DNA from: Geosiphon pyriformis uo1
Taxonomy: Eukaryota; Fungi; Glomeromycota
Length of the DNA stretch: 64,000 nucleotides
NCBI GenBank assembly: GCA_016748015.1
Contig: JAAOMT010000227.1
Location: 245,239 to 309,238 of the forward strand
Reading direction: 5' to 3'
Under the pieces are notes generated by a model. The model had not been told where the DNA came from. It saw nothing but the letters and a program-made list of their open reading frames with translations, and made no database searches. How positions within the stretch are numbered: the first letter of the stretch is position 1; every line of letters starts with the position of its first letter. The translations under genes and the position numbers were made by a program. This document shows, piece by piece, positions 40,801-51,695 of the stretch.

Positions 40801-41374
40801 TCATATTGTATTATATAGTGATTGGGCTACACTCGTAAATAATAAAGAAAAAAAACAAAAAAAACAAATAAAAAACACAAAACTGAAAATAAAAGTTTGG
40901 ATTAGAAATTAAAAATAAAGCAATAATAATCAGTCTTAAGCAACTTTTTATTTTTCTATCTATATTTGTAATTAAATTATTATTATTATTATTATTATGC
41001 TTTAACAAAGTGAGGTCCTTCCACAACCTACAAAACACACGTGTTCTACAATAGGCGCTTTCTGCACGTGACCAGTCACCTGGACTAAGCATTATCGAAA
41101 TATAAGAAACTGAAACTGAAACTGAAACCGAAGTAGCAACATATAATTAAATTAATATAGTTTTAATTAAAAATTATTAGTAAATTACTTATATCAAATA
41201 TTGAATAATTTATTAATTTAAAGTATTACACAAATTCAATATATTTTATTTAAGTAATTAAAATTAATCTTAATAATTTAATTAGATTTCTTGAACAAAC
41301 CTCAGATAACATTATTATTGTAAAATAAAAATTAAATGACTATCTATTGTAACATGACATAGGCCCAAGCCCAA

Positions 41375-43782
41375 TTAGACCTGCACTTTCGCTTTTTTCG
41401 GAGTTGGCATACACATATATAGATGGCACTGATTTTCGTTTCGAAATCGTTTTTGGAGCCCAGCCTCCTCAAGTGATTGGATCGTTGGACCTTTTGGTTG
41501 AACTGCCTTTATTGTCTCTCGCACCACAGCCTGTCATTCATAAATACTTTAGCTTTATACATTATAACTGATATTTTAGACAATCTTACCTTTGCATTCA
41601 GAATGGATGCCAAGATTGTTAGAACAGAAGGAAATTTTCCTGCCTTATCTGGCACTTCCATCGAATCACTACGTCGAACTCGACAAATATAACCTTTTGG
41701 CTTGTCCAGATATAACATCGTCATCATCAAACCTTAAATGTTGACAATTTAGTATTTTAATTAATATAAAACTTAAATGCATGAACAACATACCTCCATG
41801 AATAATGCCAACTGTTTGTATTCTGGAACATTTTTCTTCATCCCAATCCACCTTTTCCATCAATTTTATTACCATATCCTTTAGTATTTTAGGAAGCTTT
41901 AATCCTATTTCCCTAAGAAACTTTGTTCCATGACGATCTATGCAGTATCTTCCTGCTTCTCCAGCCCCATACTCATCTTTTTCACCACTACCAATGGATC
42001 TTAGAATCCAGTCACTCCTATGACCAATTTTCTGCCGTACTCCTTAAAGTCTTTTGTTATTTTTTCGAATGGCCGTTGCTATACTCGTACTTTCTCCCCT
42101 AATTATTTTTTTTAAACAAGTAAGAAAAAAAGTCATCAGATCTATTAAAGCAAGCAATTTAAAAACTTAATACCTGACTACTGATAGTCCTTCTACATTT
42201 GAAAAACATTGGTCAACAATTATGCTCCATATGTGACAATTAAACCAATTTTCAAGATTGGTTTCTTCTAGCTTTTTACTTTCAATTTCGCTAATCCTAT
42301 AAAGCAATTTTAGTTAAATTCTTATTGTAAGTTTTGCACAAAAATTACTTACAGAGCATGTAGAGCAAAACATATGTAGTCGACATCATGATGTTTTTCA
42401 TAGTTATAATCAGTACCAAAAGTTATCTCCTTTAAAATACTTCGGATCTCCTTTAATTCAGTCTATTACAAAAAAAAAACTTGAATACATATATATTTAT
42501 CATAATGCATAATGCATTAATAAATTTTCCAAGACAATCAATAACATCCTCTGCAAGCTGAGGTACTGGTGGGATATGTGTATGAATGATTTCATCAAGT
42601 TCTCCTTTGTTGAAATGCTGCTTAATCGCCTCATCATCAACATCTATGATGAATGAATGTGCGGCACTAATAAATAAAACTTGGTTTAGTTTTTATAATA
42701 AACCAAACTTAATTTCATGAATACTAACTGTTCATATTTTAATTTTTTTCCCAACGCATACAATTCCTCTTCGACGTATCTTCCACTTGATAACCTCCAC
42801 ATGCGTTTCTTTTTCATTAATTTGAATGTGTTTTGAATTTCTTGTTGATTTTTTTTATCGAGGCGAAATGGACCAGTCTACATTATAATACAGAAGCGAC
42901 AAGCAGTAATAGAAAGTATAAAAAAGTAATCAAATAAAATGAAAAGATAAAAAAAAATCAAAAACTGGAATCTGCAAAAATTACCTTGTTCTCCTTTATT
43001 AAGACTTCCTCTTCTTCGTCTTTTTCATCATCATCATTTTCTTTTTTGTTTTCTTTGTCTTCTTCGTCTTCCTCATCTTTTTCGTCTTCTTTATCTTTTT
43101 CGTCTTTTTTATCTTCTTCGTCTTCTTCATCTTCTTCGTCTTCTTTATCTTCTTTGTTATTTGCATAGTTCTGTATTTATTACAAAAAACAAATTAAGTT
43201 ATGTAACAATGAAGCTAACAGATTTGCGAAAAGATTGCTAACCTTTATGGTAGCAATTTCATCAGTATTTGGTTCTCTATGATTAAACTCATCTTTGCCA
43301 TCAAGTGAAAGGCGTGATCTTGCTAATTGTCTAAATGCAAATAGAATATTACTAAACCCAAAATTTAAGAGATTTGTATAAAAATAACTACTTACAATGA
43401 ATTTAAGTTTCGCTTTGTCCACGATCATCATTTTTTTATGAACTTCCATTTTTTCTTCTTGGGCGTGAAGATCCTTCCAAAAGTTTTCAGTTGATCTTGA
43501 GCAGAGACACCTGTTGAGATTACAAAGCAACTTTTGCACCTGGTATTTTAAATTTGTATCCTCAGCTGCAATGGAATCCAGGGCTTGACGTAAAACTTCT
43601 TCAGCTTTTGCTCTAGCTGAATAGGTAAACTGACCCATTTTGAAGAATTTCACTACAGTAAAATTCCCTTTGAGAAGCTCCCGAAGAATATCGATATATT
43701 TCTATTAACACGCAGAGTAAAAAGATAGTACTGTAAACAAAAAAAATTGCAAACAAAATGATTCAACACTAACCGATGACAT
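41375..43782 (-). pseudogene. Multi-exon gene for a PD-(D/E)XK-like nuclease protein (Crinkler-associated REase-like family), probably inactivated
   Basis: ATG at 43782, GT-AG introns, acidic exon; motifs WRLSSGRYVE, HSFIID, ENWF..IW..VDQCF, GESTS...RKN, SDWILR, EYGAGEAG, LKLPKILKDM; ends PTPKKAKVQV*. In-frame TAA at ~42047 and +1 nt at ~43309. Family assignment from memory. Confidence 0.65.
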
Positions 43783-43863
43783 AGTTTATTAATATCTGAA
43801 GCTCTTGTTTTTGAGAGATACGTGTAAGTAGTAAGTAAAAGAAAAAAATCATGAAAGTATATA

Positions 43864-44362
43864 GGTTGTCACATCAACACCAGGAAGGTCTGATGTAACT
43901 ACGTCAATAGCAACACACAAAGACAGCCATAGCATCCTTGGGCTTTACAGGCGTTAAGCATTAGGTTTGACACCAGAACCTTATAAAAGTATAAGATTGT
44001 TACATCAGCACCGGGAAGGTCTGATGTAACTACGTCAATGGCAACACACAAAGGCAGCCATAGCATCCTAGGGCTTTACAGGCATTGAGCATTAGGTTTG
44101 ACAGCAGAACCTTATAAAAGTATAAGATTGTTACATCAGCACCGGGAAGGTCTGATGTAACTACCTTAAGGGCAACACACAAAGGCAGCCATAGCATCCT
44201 TGGGCTTTACAGGCATTGAGCATTAGGTTTGAAACCAGAACCTTATAAAAGTATAAGATTGTCACATCAGCACCGGGAAGGTCTGATGTAACTATCTCAA
44301 TGGCAACACACAGAGGCAGCCGTAGTATTCTCGAGCACTAGGTTTGAAACCAGAGCCTATAC
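43864..44362 (+). repeat. 131-bp tandem array, ~3.8 units, each with an internal hairpin
   Basis: Units start at 43864, 43995, 44126 and 44257; GTTACATCAG-N12-CTGATGTAAC. Confidence 0.95.
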
Positions 44363-44794
44363 ATCTTTCGAAAGCTGATAAGCATCTATGAGACAACTTA
44401 CCATGTGAGTCAGAAGTTGAAAGCGACGCGAACGTGAAAAAAATGAAAAAGTGAGTATTTCATTTGGATGTAGTGCGCGACTATACTCTTTTGTTGATAT
44501 ATCAAAATCCATTGTTTTTATTAGCAGAATTTATACTGATAGATAAAAGATCTTCAGAATGGATCTTTTATCTATCAGTATAAATTTTGCTAATAAAAAA
44601 TGCTTGACTAGATAATGGATTTGAAATATCAACAAAAGAGTATAGTCGCGTCAGCCAGAGGCGACGTACACTACTACACATCCAAATGAAATTCTTATTT
44701 TTTCATTTTTTCATTTTTTTCACGTTCGCGTCGCTTTCAACTTCTGACTCACATGGTAAGTTGTCTCATAGATGCTTATCAGCTTTCGAAAGAT

Positions 44795-45293
44795 GTATAG
44801 GTTCTGGTTTCAAACCTAGTGCTCGAGAATACTACGGCTGCCTCTGTGTGTTGCCATTGAGATAGTTACATCAGACCTTTCTGGTGCTGATGTGACAATC
44901 TTATACTTTCATGAGGTTCTGGTTTCAAACCTAATGCTCACTGCCTGTAAAGCCCAAGGATGCTATGGCTGCCTTTGTGTGTTGCCCTTAAGGTAGTTAC
45001 ATCAGACCTTCCCGGTGCTGATGTAACAATCTTATACTTTTATAAGGTTCTGGTGTCAAACCTAATGCTCAATGCCTGTAAAGCCCTAGGATGCTATGGC
45101 TGCCTTTGTGTGTTGCCATTGACGTAGTTACATCAGACCTTCCCGGTGCTGATGTAACAATCTTATACTTTTATAAGGTTCTGGTGTCAACCCTAATGCT
45201 TAACGCCTGTAAAGCCCAAGGATGCTATGGCTGCCTTTGTGTGTTGCTATTGAAGTAGTTACATCAGACCTTCCTGGTGTTGATGTGACAACC
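44795..45293 (-). repeat. Mirror copy of the 131-bp array
   Basis: Reverse complement of 43864-44362 with the same unit order. Confidence 0.95.
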
Positions 45294-45373
45294 TTTACAC
45301 TTTCATGATTTTTTTCTTTTACTTACTACTTACACGTATCTCTCAAAACAAAAGCTTCAGATATTAATAAATT

Positions 45374-46415
45374 ATGTCATCGGTTAGTGTTGAATCATTT
45401 TGTTTGCAATTTTTTTTGTTTATAGTACTATCTTTTTACTCTGTGTGTTAATAGAAATATACCGATATTCTTCGGGAGATTTTCAAAGGGAATTTTACTG
45501 TGGTGAAATTCTTCAAAATGGGTCAGTTTACCTATTCAGCTAGAGCAAAAGCTGAAGAAGTTTTACGTCAAGCCCTGGATTCCATTGCAGCTGAGGATAC
45601 AAATTTAAAATACCAGGTGCAAAAGTTGCTTTGTAATCTCAACAGGTGTCTCTGTTCAAGATCAACTGAAAACTTTTGAAAGGATCTTCACGCCCAAGAA
45701 AAAATAAAGAAAGTGAGACAAAAAAGGAAGTTTATAAAAAAATGATGATCGTGGACAAAGCGAAACTTAAATTGATTGTAAGTAGTTATTTTATACATAT
45801 CTCTTAAATTTTGGGTTTAGTAATATTCTATTTGCATTTTAGATAATTAGCAAGATCACGCCTTCACTTGATGGCAAAGATGGGTTTAATCTTGGAGGAC
45901 CAAATAATGGTGAAATTGCTGTCATGAAGGTTAGCAATCTCTTTGGAAATCCGTTAGCTTCACTGTTACATAACTTAATCTGTTTTTTTTTAATAAATAC
46001 AGAACTATGCAAATAACAAAGAAGGTAAGGAAGATGATGAAAAAGATAAAGAAGACGAAAAAGATGAAGAAGACGAAAAAGATGAGGAAGACGAAGAAGA
46101 CAAAGAAAACAAAAAAGATAATGATGATGATGAAAAAGACGAAGAGAGGAAGTCTTAATAAAGGAGAACAAGGTAATTTTTGCAGATTCCAGTTTTTTTT
46201 GTTTTTTTATCTTTTCATTTTATTTGACTACTTTCTATTACTGTTTTTCGCTTCTGTATTTTAATGTAGACTGGTCCGTTTTGCCTCGATAAAAAAAATC
46301 AATAAGAAATCCAGAACACATTCAAATTAATGAAAAAGAAACGCATGTGGAGGTTATCAAGTTGAAGATGCGTCGAAGAGGAATTGTATACATTGGGAAA
46401 AAAATTAAAATATGA
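45374..46415 (+). pseudogene. Truncated inverted copy of the first five exons of the nuclease-like gene
   Basis: ATGTCATCG-GTTAG at 45374; TGG to TGA at ~45677; homology ends at 46415. Confidence 0.85.
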
Positions 46416-46463
46416 GAGGACTTTATGAAAATAATTTGCGGTAACTCGGGAAAGAATAATATT

Positions 46464-46990
46464 TTAATCAGAATTATACTCATTTGCTCCATAAACTCTA
46501 TTGAAATGCACAATATTCAATGAATTAACTTCTCTTGAAGATAAATGTGAAAGCCAAAAGCCCAAATTTACAATCCGATTCAATCCGAAAAGTCGCAAGC
46601 GATGCCCAGTCACCCTTTTTGGACATTGTCTACGAACCTCGGCCATTGTCTCTTCCTCATTTTGATACTTTGTAATGCGAAACCTTTCGGCAAAATTAGA
46701 CGCAAAGAAAACGGAACTAGAACTTAATAAATATTCTTTTGGAGTGTGACTATGGGAAGAGTTAGATGAGACTGATGAAGGGGTTTAAGATAATCAATGT
46801 GGATCGGTTCGGAGCCAACCGGAAAACAAAATTCGTCTTCTTCATCGACTACTTTAGTAATTATTGTCGGTTGATGATCATCTAATACGGATGTAAAAGG
46901 AGCTGGTTTCTGAAATAGCTCTGAATGTTCAAAAGTAAATATAGGCTGAAGAGTCGACACGACAAGAGGTATGCGCTTCTCTTTGACCTA
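46464..46990 (-). CDS. 3' exon(s) of an unidentified gene or pseudogene
   Basis: CpG-retaining sequence, ORFs 46724-46960 and 46464-46646, TAG acceptors at ~46988 and ~46717. Confidence 0.4.
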
Positions 46991-48499
46991 GATATATAAG
47001 ATGAACTTGGTAATACTCGCTCAAAATATCAAAACAAATCAGGTTAAACTGGCTGTTTTTATTTCAAAACATAAGAAATACAGAACTTAACAACTTAAAA
47101 AATCGGTTTTACGTATATAACAAAAGATTATGTATCTACAAAATAGAATTTATAAATTTTAAGTTTTATAAAATTTTAAATAAATTAGTTTAATATTATA
47201 TTTTGAGAAAAAAATTACACAATTGCTTAAACTACAAGAAAAAAACTCAAAATCTAATATTAAAAATTATTATATTTAGTATAATAGCTTTATAATTATT
47301 ATAAACGTTTTTTCTATTTTCAGATTTTTTTGGAAAAATTAACAACTGAGTTTTTGAAATTAATTATATTTATTGAAGTGTTCACTTATTTCATTAATTT
47401 TACATTGTTTTTAGTTTCTCGTTTATCTGTTATCTATTTGAACCAAAAATTAGCATAAGATTATTCTTATTATCTTATTATTTATATTAATTATTTTTGT
47501 CTTTTATTTTATCAATAACTCAATAGCAATTTACATATACAATTAAATATTATATTTAAGTCATGTATTATTTCAAACTACATAACAATAAATATTTTAA
47601 AAATTTGTCAAAAATTTTGCAAAAAATAATACTCAAAAAGTGCATTTTATAATAATTAAGAAGTTTAGATATTTTTAAAAAATACAATTTACTAATACAA
47701 ATCTCTTTTATTTAAAAATAAAATCAACAAAAATATTTTTTCAATATTTTCATTACACTATAAATTAATAACTAATATTAATGCAGTTAAAACTAATTTA
47801 ATTTAAATTTCTTAATCTTATAACAAAATTTTCAATAATTATATTAAGATAATTAAATAAACCAAAATTTTAAGGTTTTGTGTTTGGTTTAGGCAAATTT
47901 TTTTTAATTTGAAACAAAAATAAAATTTGTAATTTTGAGCAAAAGAAAAAAATCACTAAGTAATTTTTGTTGTTTCAATGGCATATTAAATGATCAAAAT
48001 TTTCATAAATAGTTACATTCAAAATCTTCTTTTCTTATGCTTGCTGTTTCGATGTCATGATTCTAAAGAATTCAAATGAAATAAATAATTAATTTCAAAA
48101 TAATTTCACAAATCAAAAAACTAAAAATAAGTACATTTACCTATTTTAAATTGCCAAATATTTACTTAATGGTTTCATATTACTGTGCACCCATCACAAA
48201 ATTATAATCAACGATAAAAAAATTAATAATATTGTAACTTTGCAGAGATAATTTGCTTTATTATTATTAAATAATAAGTTATAAGTCATAGAAATTTTTA
48301 AGTTACAATAAAGCTAGATAGTTTTTATAAAAAATATTTGTATTCAAATGAAAAAATTAATGAAAATTCACAAAAGGCAGCACTCATTCTTTCATTACCT
48401 CATTTCATTCAATCTTAGCATTTTTTGGAAAACATTGTTAATTATTAAAATATACTATAATATTTATTGTAGCAGGCCAGAAAGTATTGTTTGGTAAAA

Positions 48500-49560
48500 C
48501 AGTAGCAGTAAACCTAATTTGAAATATTCCATAAGTTATTTAGTCTCCATATGATTACATAATTTTACAGTGAGTAGATTCTAACAATTAATGATCTGTC
48601 ATAATACAGGATAATATTACTATTATACACCGTGTTATACTTTAATACGGTTCCACTTTGCAGAAATGATATTGGAATTCCAATTTTATTGTTAGTTTCA
48701 ACTTTCCTTTTCCATAGGCCAAATAATATTCTCTAGCACTATGCATTTCTATTGAAGTCTGTATAAATCAGTCCACCATATTTTTTGTTCGAAGTTTGCA
48801 GATCGACTCAATCTAAGATTTCTAATAATTGCATACATTTAGAGTAGATATTGTTCGAGTCCAGTGTGAGTCACCATGAGACATGCCATTATGATGAATT
48901 ATAGTTACTCTATATGCAATACCAAATGCTATTTGCAATTTATGAGGCTAATGGGGAGAATAAATATTTTAATAATGAGCCTTATTTTAAGTCGATATCC
49001 GACGGAAGTAAATTAATTAAAGGATTTTAAAATAATTGATAAAATTTAATTCTCTAATTGAGAAGCCTATCAAACAAATTAATTAATATGAATTTTATTA
49101 GCTTTAGTCTTAGATTTTTAATATTCTCTTGATGAAATTAATTATGTTCATATTTCATTCAAGATTTTCTTTTTAGGAAATCATTGCTTAAAACTCTAAA
49201 CTCAAAATGGTGATTATAACCCCTGGGAAGAATTTCACAATGAGCTGGAGATGGTATCATCAATTTTTATGCCTAAAACAGTATTAACAGCTATATTGAA
49301 TACAAAAAATAACCATATTATTCATTTATCTTCTTTCTATTTCAATATAAAATAGAAATTAGAGTTTAAATTCTAAATAGTGCTAGAAAAATAAAATTAA
49401 GTAACACTCTAAATAATTATTATTCTTCGAAAATTGCACTATGAAAAACTAATAAATGATTGAATTTTAAGACTGTTACTAGTTAAATATCTTTATTTAA
49501 TACCCGGTATATGGTATCATTGAAGAAATAACGATATAAATATATTTTATTCATGTTTCA
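48500..49560. pseudogene. Possible protein-kinase remnants
   Basis: Minus strand: KLQIAFGIA..IHHNGMSHGD, AIIRNLRLSR. Plus strand: LKTLNS..EEFHNELEM. Confidence 0.3.
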
Positions 49561-51090
49561 TCAATAAGAAATAATTGATTAGATTTCGCTGTAAAACAAT
49601 AAAAAGTATGAACAAGTTTATTATAATTTATTTCAAATTTTTTATTTATAAATTTGAAAATATTTATAATTTTATGAATATATTAAAAATTATTTTGAAT
49701 AAATTTTCTTATGAAATTTTAAATTTGGTTGAAGAAATATATAAATAAACAAAACTTTAGATTTAAGTGTCAGGTATAATTTTTTATTATAAATAAAACA
49801 TATAACTAAATAGTAATTTTTGAAATTTAATTTTTATTTCCTAATTAGAAATATCTTAATTTCATGCCTTTTTTAATAATTAACACAAAACTTGAGTTTA
49901 TTGACTACATTTAAATACTTTTTTAAAAAATCTGTGCTCATTTAACTAAAAAAATTAATTAACTTATAGAAACCAAAAGCCGTAATAAAGTTGGATCAAT
50001 CAATTAATCAATATAAATATTAATAATTAATTCAAAAAGAAGATAAAAAATGATTTTTATCAAATACACATCAAAATTGATAATTTATTTCTAGATTATA
50101 ATTAAAAGATGATAATTATGTATTTTTAAATTAATAATATTCTTTAACATTTTAGTGTTATTATTTTTAAAATAAAAAACTTGAAATTTTTTTTTAATTA
50201 TTATTTAACTTGCAAATTAATAAATTTAAGTCTGAAACTAAAAAATTTATAAAAATAAAATTATTTTATTTAAGAAAATTCACAAATATTTAATTCGAAT
50301 AATTAAAAAAATAAAAGAGATTTAACAAGCAGTACTAGTAATTTAAAATTTTTCTTTAAATTAGAAAAATAAAAATAAAAATAATAAAAGTGAATTAAAT
50401 TGCTAATATTTAGATGATTAAATTACTTTTCTATAGCTTTGAAAAGGTTTATTTATATATTATCAATAGTTTAGTCAATAATCAAATTAACAATTGGAGT
50501 AAAAATATAATTAATAGCCAAATTATTAATCAAATTAATAAAAATATTAATAATTAATGCTAAAAATAAAGTGGTCAAAGTATGTAATATTAATAACTAA
50601 TATAATTAAAAATAAATTTTATAAAAAAAAGAAAATCTATTTAAATATACAAATTTTTTAAGGCTTAAATTCAATTTAGAAAAGAGTAAAAATATACACA
50701 AACAAATAAACTTTCAATTAGATAAAATAATAGTTAAAAAAACATAATTAAATATTTTTAAATTATTATTATAATATTTCTATATTATTAAGTGTAAAAT
50801 AATTTGTTAACAACAATGCTTAACACTATTTGTTTAAGCTTATATTTGATAAAATATACTATTAATATATATTTGAATGTATTTAAAACAATTCTTAGTC
50901 TTAATGAATCTTAAAATGGTACAAAAAAAGCAGAAATACAAGTTTTTGGTTTGTTATAACATGTTATGAATTTCAAAAAAAAAAAAAAAAAAATTTTATC
51001 ATTTAGATACTTTTATTATCATAATACAAGTGGTGTTTAACATCATTTTTTTTTGATGAATTGAGTTAATTTAACATTAATTCTTAATTA

Positions 51091-51375
51091 ATGAGACAAA
51101 CTATATTAGTATTAAGCTTTTATCAATAAAACAAACTAAGTTAGTGTCAAGCTTCTATTGATAAGACAGGCTAAATTAGTATCAAGTTTTTATTGATAAG
51201 ACAGACTAAGTTAGTATTGAGTTTTTATTGACAGAACAAATTAGATTAATATCAAATCTTTATTAATAAAACAAACTAGGTTAATATTAAGCTTTTATTG
51301 ACAGAACAAACTAAGTTAACATTAACTCTCTATCAATAAAACAAACTAGATTAATATTGGATCTTTAGTGATAAA
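51091..51375 (+). repeat. 35-bp minisatellite, ~8 diverged units
   Basis: ATAAGACAGACTAAGTTAGTATTGAGTTTTTATTG-like units at 35-bp period (51161, 51196 ...). Confidence 0.85.
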
Positions 51376-51649
51376 TAATTTTATGTTATCATGGACAAAT
51401 AATTTGTCTGCACACAAAATTTGAATTCTAAATTGGTTAAATGCTTAAATTTTTATGTCTTTTTTTTTGGAACATCTAGTTTTCTTTAATTTTAAACTCA
51501 AAAATTTTTTATATATAAAAACTTTTAAATATTTTAATTAAGCCCAATTATTAAACATAAAAATTTTTCTTATAAATATAAAAAATATTTTGAGTGTTTA
51601 TTAATTTATTTTTTGTAAAAATTAAATAAATATTTGTAATTTTTTTTAA

Positions 51650-51695
51650 AATTTATTTATTATTTATTATTTATTATTTATTATTTATTATTTAT
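51650..51695 (+). repeat. (TTATTTA)n microsatellite
   Basis: Seen directly. Confidence 0.8.

Larger units (their letters stand above)
42732..46415. repeat. Long inverted repeat: arms 42732-44552 and 44562-46415, 9-nt spacer
   Basis: The arms are reverse complements with substitutions and small indels. Confidence 0.95.

Noticed and set aside
40811-41092. 93-aa ORF with nearby CACGTG motifs
   Set aside because: The ORF runs through a microsatellite and a T-rich tract with no recognisable domain; two E-boxes alone are weak evidence.
42986-43168. Poly-Ser/Phe ORF (and 45839-46171, 46007-46264)
   Set aside because: Antisense or off-frame readings of the acidic D/E/K exon.
43864-45293. CRISPR array
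   Set aside because: Whole 131-bp units are near-identical with no unique spacers; no cas genes; eukaryotic context.
42732-46415. Palindrome as an amplification or library fold-back chimera
   Set aside because: The arms differ by many substitutions and indels, which a copying artefact would not create; long-read confirmation is still advisable.
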